From a virus (lineage: Duplodnaviria; Heunggongvirae; Uroviricota; Caudoviricetes): a stretch of 64,000 nt of DNA. The stretch lies in IMG/VR virus record IMGVR_UViG_2541047543_000003. One strand, 5' to 3'. The notes under the pieces were generated by a model that was not told where the DNA came from, made no database searches, and worked only from the letters and a program-made list of their open reading frames with translations. Shown piece after piece: positions 56,331 to 64,000 of the stretch. Made by a program: the position numbers and the translations under genes. Within the stretch, counting starts at the first letter, position 1. Each line of letters begins with the position of its first letter.

Positions 56331-57074
56331 TTACATCGCCAGTGATGAAATTCGATTGTCTTTTTTCTTTTTTGTTTTTAACTCGTAGACATTTCTTTTA
56401 TCTATTGTTACCACATTACCGACATTAGCATCTATTTTAGCAAGATCTTCTGTTGTACAAAACATCCAGTCCATATGGTCTTCTTCAATTTGCATGAGTC
56501 CTTTAGAAGAGTACCATTTAAGAAGCTTTTCTCTGCTTTTTTCAGGATTCATTCCTAATGTTCGATACTGGTACGAAGAGCTTAGGTGAGAGCATAGCTG
56601 TAATGGACAAGCTTGAAGCACCATTAAACCAAAGCTTTCCCCGTAGTGCTCAGGGAAAAATTTCAGCAAATATTCACCAAAACCTTTACCCAAAAACCTT
56701 GGCTTAACTTTTAATTCCTTAATAAATATTACATTTCTTTTTATTTCTTTATTTGAATTCTCTAAATGAGATTTAACAGAATCATGAAATTCCAGATCTA
56801 ACTCGTTTGTTCTGTAATCGTAAGTATTATACTTAGAAAGCCATGAGAATGCAGTGGAGAACTCACTATCTGCTGAAGCTGACCTAGACATCACTGATAG
56901 AGAATTCCCTTCTACTAGTAATTTTTCCAGTTCAAAGCACAAAAATTCCACTTCGCAAACCACTTCACCTGTTCCATTTTGCATAAGCTGCGCAACATTA
57001 TTGGTGAGATACCCGTAACTATTTCGAACCTCTGACAAAACAGTAAGCTCTATTTTATTCAAAATGCTTTTCAT
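56331..57074 (-). CDS. GNAT-like protein
   Basis: IKELKVKPRFLGKGFGEYLL (motif A), LLKWYSSKGL. Confidence 0.65.
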   Translation of the reverse strand: MKSILNKIELTVLSEVRNSYGYLTNNVAQLMQNGTGEVVCEVEFLCFELEKLLVEGNSLSVMSRSASADSEFSTAFSWLSKYNTYDYRTNELDLEFHDSVKSHLENSNKEIKRNVIFIKELKVKPRFLGKGFGEYLLKFFPEHYGESFGLMVLQACPLQLCSHLSSSYQYRTLGMNPEKSREKLLKWYSSKGLMQIEEDHMDWMFCTTEDLAKIDANVGNVVTIDKRNVYELKTKKKKDNRISSLAM

Positions 57075-57102
57075 GAATTTATTTATTAATGATTTAAAGT
57101 TT

Positions 57103-57606
57103 TTACTTTTTCAAATAGTCAGAAAATGTTAGTTTTTCAGTTTTTCCTGACGTTGACCAATTTAGAACCCACTTTTCTGAATCTATAATAGGAAAGAAGG
57201 TATCAGCATTCTCAACAACCTCATCAACAACAGTAATCAACAATCGATCTGCTATTGAAATCGATTCTTTATATATCATACCTCCGCCAATAACAAGTAA
57301 TTCTTGGAAATTATTATCGCTATAAACCTTTGTTATTGCTTCTTGAATTGAACTTACGCCGCAAACTGTTGTAAACCCTTTATCTGAAAAAAAACTCTTA
57401 TCCTTTTCACTACAAAGAACAAAGTTGTCTCTATTTTTAAGAGGTGCTGAATTGGGCAAAGAACGAGCAGTCCTTGCCCCCATGATGACGGGCTTGTGTA
57501 GGGTATGGGTCTTGAAAAACTCCATATCTTCTCTGAATGAGAACAGTAAATCATTCCCTTTTCCAATTGCTAAATTTTTAGACACACAAGCGATTAGCGT
57601 TATCAT
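57103..57606 (-). CDS. folA: dihydrofolate reductase
   Basis: LIACVSKNLAIG, EDMEFFK, PVIMGARTARSLP, PLKNRDN, VIGGGMIY, DTFFP. Confidence 0.93.
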   Translation of the reverse strand: MITLIACVSKNLAIGKGNDLLFSFREDMEFFKTHTLHKPVIMGARTARSLPNSAPLKNRDNFVLCSEKDKSFFSDKGFTTVCGVSSIQEAITKVYSDNNFQELLVIGGGMIYKESISIADRLLITVVDEVVENADTFFPIIDSEKWVLNWSTSGKTEKLTFSDYLKK

Positions 57607-58028
57607 TCAATAACCACTCCCTGGTAGTTACTAATTGCATACAGTTGTGTGCCAAGATTATTTTTCTTAATCTCTTTTTTTAGTGATTCTGTTATTTCAG
57701 CACTATAAGCAAATTTACCATTGTAATAAACGTAAGCCCTACCTTGGAACTCATAGGTTAAAATTAACCCCTTAACAGTACCTAACTCCCCAACACCATC
57801 ATGATAATTTAGCATACCAGATGAATCACTATACATTTTTTCATATACTGATATGTTTTCGTAGTCGCCATTTGTTCTAACTTCAAAGTCTGAAATGGAT
57901 AATGCTGCACTTGATAAAAACACTCGGTTTGACAGTCCCGTTAACTCTTTATATTTTGGGTCTGCAAATGAGCTAGTTGAAGCTGTCATAAGCACAATAC
58001 CAGCTATCATCATGTGTTTAAGTTTCAT
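57603..58028 (-). CDS. secreted hypothetical protein
   Basis: Signal peptide ...TSSFA. Confidence 0.65.
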   Translation of the reverse strand: MKLKHMMIAGIVLMTASTSSFADPKYKELTGLSNRVFLSSAALSISDFEVRTNGDYENISVYEKMYSDSSGMLNYHDGVGELGTVKGLILTYEFQGRAYVYYNGKFAYSAEITESLKKEIKKNNLGTQLYAISNYQGVVIE

Positions 58029-58233
58029 TATTATTATTCTCCAATAGTTGTTTTCTTAGTTGTTCTACCTGGTTTATTCTTTCTCTTAACGTTTTATCAA
58101 TGTCTAATGTCTCAGATAATAATGGAGCTACTATATCCACATCTGGATTAGTCATGTTTTTTTCAAATTCTTTATGAATTTCATCTAATCGATTCGATAG
58201 CTTTGAGTAATTTGTTTGTTCTAAACCTGACAT
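58018..58233 (-). CDS. xseB: exonuclease VII small subunit-like
   Basis: Directly downstream of xseA; NYSKLSNRLDEI...PLLSE...LRERINQVE. Confidence 0.6.
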   Translation of the reverse strand: MSGLEQTNYSKLSNRLDEIHKEFEKNMTNPDVDIVAPLLSETLDIDKTLRERINQVEQLRKQLLENNNNET

Positions 58234-58283
58234 TTACTTATTCCTTACATTAGTAAAACAGAATATTACATTCCGTTCAATAT

Positions 58284-59795
58284 TTAATCTTGCTTGCTTA
58301 ATTCGATTCTAGGAAACTCTCGAACTTTTTCAATTTGGTTAATATCAACTCGCACGATACCATCAGACAAGCTCAGTTTAGCTTCGCCTTCTTTTAGATC
58401 ATTCACGCTAGTAACAAGTGTTTCATCCTGGTTAACTAATGAGTATCCCTTATTTAAGATAGCAATAGGGTTGTTCATCATAATCATGATTAGCTTTTCT
58501 TTACGAATATTATCCGCTGAAACAAGAGTGTCTTTTGATATCGAAGATATAGATGTGATTTTTTGGTCAAGAGCGTTTCTTGCTCTCTCAATCACGACTG
58601 CACTGTTATCAATAATTCTTGACACCTTACTGTCCAATGCGCTTTTAGCAAGCAATACGCTTTTTTCGGACAAGCTTATGATCCGTTCGAAATTTCGAGC
58701 ATCCTTCTCTGATGATGAAATGATTACATCTCTAATCATATTTACGACCATCGAAGGTGTTGCACATCTGGTATGTGCAATTTCATCTATAATTGTATTG
58801 TCTCTTTCATGCCCGATACCGCAGAATATCGGCGCATTAAGACATAGCAGCGATTTAGCTATTTCATACTCATTTAAGGCATATAAACCTGCTTTATCAC
58901 CACCACCACGAATCACACATACCGCATCGAATGGATTTCTTTCATGATCAGCATTTATCTTACTCACTGCTGAAGTGATCGTGTTTATGGAGTTATTCCC
59001 CTGGAAAGTTGCAGAATAATAACTGAATTTACATAGACCTAAACTATCCAAAAGTGATGATTGCGTCTGAAAGTCACCCAAGCCAGCAGCCATATCTGGA
59101 GATAGAACTGCAACTCTGAAAAAGTTATTTGGTGCCTTCATTCTCTTGTTGTTAAGAAATATTCCCTCAGATCTTAATCTATCTCTAATTGCATTTAGCT
59201 TTGCTTCCATCTCACCTATAGTAAATGATGGGTTGATATCAATGATGTTCAGACTTAAGCCGTACTTCTCGCTGAACTCAGGTTTTACACAGATAAGAAC
59301 CTTCATGTTATGAGCCAGCTTCATGCCTGTTGAACACTCAAATTTGCTTATAATGTCTTTTCTCTTGCTCCAAATCATACCTCTAGCTTTCGCCAATTCA
59401 GAGCCATTCGAATCATAATCAGAAAGCTCTAGGTACACATGTGAGTTACCAGTAATATTTGAAATTTCAGCAGTAAGCCATGAGCCTTCAGTGAAGGTTT
59501 CTTCCATGAGGTTTTTAATTACACCCAAATATACTGACAAGCTCGATGGCTTATTGCTCTGCTTGTTCAGCATATGCTGAAACTTGGGTGTCCACCATTT
59601 CTTGAAAGCGGTAACATCAATGCCTTTTGGTACGTACCAACAAACAAACGCACCATTACTTGAGTAAGGTAAAGCACCTAGTCTTTTTGCTTCTTCACGC
59701 TCCCCAAATGGGACTTCGAGCCGTAATTTTCTGTCTAGAATCATTGAAATCTCCATTTTTGGTAAATTATACATGAAATCTATCCTGTAAACCAC
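58284..59795 (-). CDS. xseA: exonuclease VII large subunit with N-terminal DUF5710-like extension (start may be ~59756)
   Basis: LEVPFGEREEAKRLGA...WYVP; WLTAEISN..G.SHVYLEL, FDAVCVIRGGG, GIGHERD.TIID.IA....TPS, ILNKGYS. Confidence 0.92.
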   Translation of the reverse strand: MVYRIDFMYNLPKMEISMILDRKLRLEVPFGEREEAKRLGALPYSSNGAFVCWYVPKGIDVTAFKKWWTPKFQHMLNKQSNKPSSLSVYLGVIKNLMEETFTEGSWLTAEISNITGNSHVYLELSDYDSNGSELAKARGMIWSKRKDIISKFECSTGMKLAHNMKVLICVKPEFSEKYGLSLNIIDINPSFTIGEMEAKLNAIRDRLRSEGIFLNNKRMKAPNNFFRVAVLSPDMAAGLGDFQTQSSLLDSLGLCKFSYYSATFQGNNSINTITSAVSKINADHERNPFDAVCVIRGGGDKAGLYALNEYEIAKSLLCLNAPIFCGIGHERDNTIIDEIAHTRCATPSMVVNMIRDVIISSSEKDARNFERIISLSEKSVLLAKSALDSKVSRIIDNSAVVIERARNALDQKITSISSISKDTLVSADNIRKEKLIMIMMNNPIAILNKGYSLVNQDETLVTSVNDLKEGEAKLSLSDGIVRVDINQIEKVREFPRIELSKQD

Positions 59796-59909
59796 TGATG
59801 ATTATAATCAATTGATAAATTATCAATTTTTATCTTTCATACTATATGCTTTTGATGTAGCATTGGTCATTCTTTTAATAAGCTAATAAATATCAAGAGT
59901 AAATAGAAA

Positions 59910-60722
59910 ATGAGCGATAAGTTAAATAAAAAAATCCAAAAACTAAACCTGAAGAAAGATCCAGTAATAATCGACCTGGTTAAGAAAACCGCAATCTCGT
60001 TAGAGAAGAAAGGTATTAATCTGGACAAGGACGCTGCCCGAGTTGCTTTGTGCATGGACTTCTCAGGCAGTATGTATTGGCTAATTAAGAACGGTACTGT
60101 CAGTGAGTTAACACAACGTTCATTGGCTCAAGGGATCGTTATGGATGATGATGGTGATATTGAAGTCTTTGGTTTTGGTTCTGATGCAAAGTACATTGAA
60201 TCCATCAACTCCGACAACTATGTGGAGTACTGTGAGGGTGTTCAGCGAGACATGCCAGATTTCGGTTCAACCTATTACCATAAAGCAATTAATCTAATTG
60301 TAAGTCATTATGACCGCATTGGTTATGATAAACCTGTCTATGTCATTTTCGTAACTGATGGTGATACCTTCAGCAAAACTGCAACTGAGGAAGCACTAAA
60401 GTCCGCTTCAGGCAAGCCAATCTTCTGGCAGTTCATTGGTATTGGTCAAGATGACTACGATCCTAATCAGGTAGATGCCAAAGTTGTGAAGAAACCTGGA
60501 GTAATCGGTCGTTTCCTTGGCGCTAAAGAAAAAGAAGTTCCTAACACTAAGTTTGAGTTCTTAGTTAAACTTGATGAAATGGAAGGTCGCGTGGTAGATA
60601 ATGCTGGATTCTTTGCTGTAAAAGATCCTAAAAGCATGAGTGCTGAGCGCATGTATGATTTGATGCACAATGAATACCCAGAGTGGCTTAAAGAAGTACG
60701 AGCTAAAGGCATTCTTCGCTAA
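59910..60722 (+). CDS. vWA-domain protein (TerF/TerY-associated type)
   Basis: LCMDFSGSM (MIDAS), FVTDGD, PIFWQFIGIG, DNAGFF. Confidence 0.88.
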   Translation: MSDKLNKKIQKLNLKKDPVIIDLVKKTAISLEKKGINLDKDAARVALCMDFSGSMYWLIKNGTVSELTQRSLAQGIVMDDDGDIEVFGFGSDAKYIESINSDNYVEYCEGVQRDMPDFGSTYYHKAINLIVSHYDRIGYDKPVYVIFVTDGDTFSKTATEEALKSASGKPIFWQFIGIGQDDYDPNQVDAKVVKKPGVIGRFLGAKEKEVPNTKFEFLVKLDEMEGRVVDNAGFFAVKDPKSMSAERMYDLMHNEYPEWLKEVRAKGILR

Positions 60723-60787
60723 TTTGTAGATTTAAGCGAACAAAAAGACATGGGGAAGCCCATGTCTTTTTTTATTTCAGTTAATAA

Positions 60788-61312
60788 TTACATTTCAATA
60801 TTGTAAAGCAAAGCCATCTCACCCAGACCCACAACCAACATTTTGTTTTCAAAAATCCTGATAGGGAAAACCTGACCCTCCTTTGTCTGAATGGTATAAC
60901 TGGCGCTATTAGGTAATTCAATTTGCTCTTGGGTGATTTCAGTTATGTTAAAAACCTTGGTTTCTAGTTGAATCTTCTCATTTGATAATTGAATTGCAGG
61001 AGGTAAGCCAAGCTGTGTTTTACCTATTACCATACTATGCGGCTTGAATGAGACTCCAGATTCAGAACTATTAAATGGATTCACAACTACTTGTTGAGCA
61101 ACTACTTGTTGAGATTTTGCGCTAATTGCTATATCTTCATCATTTCTAAATCCATTAAAAAATGCAATTGCTACAAATATATAAAGCACAATAAATGGCA
61201 AACTTGTTATTTGCTCAATAAATACTAACTTTGGGCTTAGTTTCCGTTCCTCTGGTGATGCGCAATCTTCAAAATGACAAAATTTTATTTTATTTTTCAT
61301 AGGTACACTCAT
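60788..61312 (-). CDS. hypothetical membrane-anchored protein
   Basis: Single TM segment. Confidence 0.6.
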   Translation of the reverse strand: MSVPMKNKIKFCHFEDCASPEERKLSPKLVFIEQITSLPFIVLYIFVAIAFFNGFRNDEDIAISAKSQQVVAQQVVVNPFNSSESGVSFKPHSMVIGKTQLGLPPAIQLSNEKIQLETKVFNITEITQEQIELPNSASYTIQTKEGQVFPIRIFENKMLVVGLGEMALLYNIEM

Positions 61313-61805
61313 GTTTAGAATTTGTATGTTATTTTTATTAATTTCTTCTGTTAGCTTCCCTGTCTATCCGCACACTCAAACCAAAGACAAAATTCTAGTA
61401 ATTAAGTCAGAAAGAGTATTACTACTACTGAAAAACAATAAAATTGCTAAAGAGTACAAGATCGCTCTGGGAAAGAATCCTGTCGGAGACAAAGTAAAAC
61501 AAGGAGATAATAAAACACCAGAGGGTAAATATCAAATTGTCAGTAAGAACAGTCAGAGTAAATTTTATCTTAATTTGGCAATAAACTACCCATCTAAGTT
61601 GGATATTAAAGAAGCAAAAAGTCTAGGCGTTAATCCAGGCGGTAATATTGTTATTCATGGCTTACCCAACAAAGCTCCTAGCTTTATTCACGATGAATTA
61701 ATGAGCGAAGACTGGACAAATGGTTGCATAGCTTTACATAACAGAGATATTAAGGATTTGTTTGATTCAGTTCCTGTCGGAACAAGTATCGATATTCTTC
61801 CTTGA
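61311..61805 (+). CDS. L,D-transpeptidase (YkuD) family protein
   Basis: GDKVKQGDNKTPEG, IVIHG, WTNGCIAL. Confidence 0.9.
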   Translation: MFRICMLFLLISSVSFPVYPHTQTKDKILVIKSERVLLLLKNNKIAKEYKIALGKNPVGDKVKQGDNKTPEGKYQIVSKNSQSKFYLNLAINYPSKLDIKEAKSLGVNPGGNIVIHGLPNKAPSFIHDELMSEDWTNGCIALHNRDIKDLFDSVPVGTSIDILP

Positions 61806-61892
61806 CTCTTAGTCTTTGTTTTTTAAAGGTCTTTTAAATTGAATGAACATGCATTAGACATAATCTATTAATGTGGTAAAATTTGCGCCGTT

Positions 61893-62618
61893 TTGACATA
61901 CGACTACGGGTTCCATATGCGCACTTTTGAAGAGATCGGAAATATAGCGATAAATGCATTGCTATCTTATCATTGCTCCCCTGAAAGAATGAAAGTTTCA
62001 AAAGAAGCTACAGTTAGACTGTATCTTAAGAAAGCGCTATCTCGAAAAAAGTACAGCAAAAATTCATGTTATTACCTAAAGTCACTCCTACAAAAAGCTA
62101 CATCATCCTACTCAATGTATAATGTTTTAAGTGGAATTGCTGAAAACTACACTAAAGTCATATCTCATGATAAGAAATTTGATGACATTTGCTTTTACGA
62201 TAGATTTCAATCTTTATTTAAGAAGATGCGTGATCTTGGTTATGAGCTGCATATAGACATTGAAGGTGATTCACTGTTTCTAAACGAAAACAGTAAAGCT
62301 ATGGTGATTTTCAAAAATGACTATATCAATTTAGAACCGTCTGGTGATCTTACTGGAGTTCTTTATGTCACTGTAGTTAATAAATGTATGTATGATTTTA
62401 TTGAATCAGCATTTAACTCAGGTCTATACCCAAAACTCTTCAAAGAGAGTAGTAACGTTAGTAAATTTGAGATTCATCCTAACAACAACCCACCAGCACC
62501 AATTTCATTTATTTCTACAAAGGAAGATTATCTTCATAAACGCCGAGTTATGGCTAATGAGAAATCATTATTTGCTGGCAAGGTAAACCCGTTCCAGTTA
62601 AAAATGAAGAAATCCTAA
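61893..62618 (+). CDS. hypothetical protein
   Basis: 241-aa ORF. Confidence 0.6.
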   Translation: MTYDYGFHMRTFEEIGNIAINALLSYHCSPERMKVSKEATVRLYLKKALSRKKYSKNSCYYLKSLLQKATSSYSMYNVLSGIAENYTKVISHDKKFDDICFYDRFQSLFKKMRDLGYELHIDIEGDSLFLNENSKAMVIFKNDYINLEPSGDLTGVLYVTVVNKCMYDFIESAFNSGLYPKLFKESSNVSKFEIHPNNNPPAPISFISTKEDYLHKRRVMANEKSLFAGKVNPFQLKMKKS

Positions 62619-62626
62619 ATTTTCTG

Positions 62627-62656
62627 TTGACTTTCCTAGACCAAGAATTATAAGCT
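62627..62656 (+). promoter_or_regulatory. sigma70-type promoter of leader C
   Basis: TTGACT (62627) with TATAAG/TAAGCT at 16/18 nt. Confidence 0.55.
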
Positions 62657-62690
62657 TTAATTGTAAACATACATTTTTAAGGATTTTATT

Positions 62691-62759
62691 GTGAAAGCTA
62701 AAACATTTATTACCTCTAAAGTAGGTATCCAGCAACCGTGGCAACAAGCTTATGTGTAA
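62691..62759 (+). CDS. leader peptide C, 22 aa: MKAKTFITSKVGIQQPWQQAYV
   Basis: RBS AGGATTTTATT-GTG (identical to leader B); CAG CAA CCG TGG CAA CAA block matches the downstream Pro/Gln/Trp tRNAs. Confidence 0.85.
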   Translation: MKAKTFITSKVGIQQPWQQAYV

Positions 62760-62845
62760 GTTTTAGCTTTCGCATGGCTAAAACTTAGGTTTTAGCCACA
62801 GGAAAGACACCTAACCCCTGATGGCTCTCCATCAGGGGTTTTTTT
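62760..62845 (+). terminator. attenuator C
   Basis: S1 GTTTTAGC 62760-62767; S2 GGCTAAAAC 62776-62784; S3 GTTTTAGCC 62789-62797; antiterminator AGCCA-CAGG 62794-62802 with CCTG-A-TGGCT 62817-62826; terminator ACCCCTGATGG/CCATCAGGGGT plus U7. Confidence 0.85.
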
Positions 62846-62963
62846 ATGCTTAAAAAATTCAGGTGGAATGAAGTCAACTTATCTCTGCATATCTATGCTG
62901 GAGGGGGTTCTTATGGTTTTGGTGTAAGTGCATGATTTTATTGAAATTTTTTTAATTTTCTTG

Positions 62964-62992
62964 TTGACAGATAAAATGTTCAGGTTTAATAT
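62964..62992 (+). promoter_or_regulatory. near-consensus sigma70 promoter directly upstream of the Pro/Gln/Trp array
   Basis: TTGACA-17-TAATAT. Confidence 0.65.
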
Positions 62993-63016
62993 GTAGTCAT
63001 ACAGTAAAGAAACACA

Positions 63017-63093
63017 CGGTGAATAGCGCAGCCTGGTAGCGCATCTGCTTTGGGAGCAGAGGGTCGAGAGTTCGAATCTCTCTTCACCGACCA
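63017..63093 (+). tRNA. tRNA-Pro(TGG)
   Basis: TCTGC-TTTGGGA-GCAGA. Confidence 0.96.
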
Positions 63094-63104
63094 AATTACA
63101 TTGT

Positions 63105-63181
63105 TGGGGTGTAGCCAAGTTGGTTTAAGGCAATAGACTTTGATTCTATGATCGGGGGTTCGAGTCCCTCCACCTCAGCCA
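63105..63181 (+). tRNA. tRNA-Gln(TTG)
   Basis: ATAGA-CTTTGAT-TCTAT, U1:A72, G73. Confidence 0.95.
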
Positions 63182-63193
63182 GAACAACAAAGT

Positions 63194-63268
63194 GTAGAGG
63201 TAGCTCAGTTGGTAGAGCCTCGGATTCCAAACCCGATGACGGGGGTTCGATTCCCTCCCTCTATGCCA
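63194..63268 (+). tRNA. tRNA-Trp(CCA)
   Basis: TCGGA-TTCCAAA-CCCGA (31:39 mismatch), G73. Confidence 0.9.
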
Positions 63269-63272
63269 CACT

Positions 63273-63349
63273 CGGTGAATAGCGCAGCCTGGTAGCGCAT
63301 CTGCTTTGGGAGCAGAGGGTCGAGAGTTCGAATCTCTCTTCACCGACCA
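63273..63349 (+). tRNA. tRNA-Pro(TGG)
   Basis: Second unit of the 256-bp repeat. Confidence 0.96.
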
Positions 63350-63360
63350 AATTACATTGT

Positions 63361-63437
63361 TGGGGTGTAGCCAAGTTGGTTTAAGGCAATAGACTTTGAT
63401 TCTATGATCGGGGGTTCGAGTCCCTCCACCTCAGCCA
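63361..63437 (+). tRNA. tRNA-Gln(TTG)
   Basis: Second unit. Confidence 0.95.
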
Positions 63438-63449
63438 GAACAACAAAGT

Positions 63450-63524
63450 GTAGAGGTAGCTCAGTTGGTAGAGCCTCGGATTCCAAACCCGATGACGGGG
63501 GTTCGATTCCCTCCCTCTATGCCA
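63450..63524 (+). tRNA. tRNA-Trp(CCA)
   Basis: Second unit. Confidence 0.9.
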
Positions 63525-63528
63525 CACT

Positions 63529-63605
63529 CGGTGAATAGCGCAGCCTGGTAGCGCATCTGCTTTGGGAGCAGAGGGTCGAGAGTTCGAATCTCTCTTCACC
63601 GACCA
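63529..63605 (+). tRNA. tRNA-Pro(TGG)
   Basis: Third unit. Confidence 0.96.
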
Positions 63606-63616
63606 AATTACATTGT

Positions 63617-63693
63617 TGGGGTGTAGCCAAGTTGGTTTAAGGCAATAGACTTTGATTCTATGATCGGGGGTTCAAGTCCCTCCACCCCAGCCA
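63617..63693 (+). tRNA. tRNA-Gln(TTG)
   Basis: Third unit, two substitutions relative to the other copies. Confidence 0.95.
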
Positions 63694-64000
63694 TATTCCT
63701 TTCTGATTCTAAGAGGTTTTTATGTCATATAATAATTATTGTCTAATCATGAAATGCTTAGATATTATTGAGAAAGAATTAAAGAATATTGCTGCAAATG
63801 TTGGTCATCCATCATTCAATGAATTCATGAGAGGAAAGTGCGATGAATGAAGATAAAATGATTCATACCTTGAAAGAATGTTGTTTTTAATCAGAACTCT
63901 GAACACATTACTAAAAAGAAAACTTGGATAATGGTTATTCCCCAGATCTTCGTATCTGGGGTTATTTGCTTAGCTATTGCAATAGAAATATATCCTCAAT

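Larger units (their letters stand above)
63017..63693 (+). repeat. 256-bp tandem repeat (Pro-Gln-Trp), about 2.6 copies
   Basis: Units start at 63017, 63273 and 63529. Confidence 0.95.

Noticed and set aside
58294-58947. 217-aa plus-strand ORF
   Set aside because: Antisense shadow of xseA.
940-60712. Numerous 60-105 aa ORFs overlapping larger genes on the other strand or frame
   Set aside because: No RBS or motif support; expected by chance in a six-frame track.
61893-62618. DUF2913 assignment
   Set aside because: Only vague N-terminal resemblance; left as hypothetical.
62879-63599. ORFs 62879-63118, 63146-63343 and 63402-63599 (two identical peptides)
   Set aside because: Antisense to the tRNA tandem repeat; the identity comes from the 256-bp repeat.
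63720-64000. Possible CDS after the Pro/Gln/Trp array
   Set aside because: All plus-strand frames I checked are interrupted by stops within about 45 codons.

Overview
AT-rich, gammaproteobacterial-style (Vibrionales/Alteromonadales-like, by inference) accessory DNA, most plausibly part of a megaplasmid or chromid. A jumbo phage-plasmid is not excluded. Genes lie on both strands with many bidirectional intrinsic terminators. Scattered stand-alone copies of core genes (dam-like, lpxC, nadD/pncB/nadE, tdk, iscA/iscU, ligA, hpf, hns, ihf, smpB, ssb, folA, xseAB) sit among many hypothetical and catalytically degenerate proteins. There are two tRNA arrays: 28 genes on the minus strand (49426-51812; Phe, Met, Ile, Thr, Asn, Lys, Glu, Asp, Cys, Val, Ala) and 8 genes on the plus strand (63017-63693; Pro, Gln, Trp). 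Main discovery: each array is preceded by short leader ORFs, missed by the ORF track, whose codons match the tRNAs of the downstream array. Two tandem leaders (34 and 41 aa) before the large array use only the 11 amino acids of that array. A 22-aa leader before the small array carries QQPWQQ. Each leader is followed by four mutually exclusive RNA segments ending in an intrinsic terminator. This points to ribosome-mediated transcription attenuators that switch on back-up tRNA arrays when those tRNAs run short. A NAD+/ADP-ribose cluster (NADAR, SLOG-macrodomain fusion, complete Preiss-Handler route) lies at the left end.
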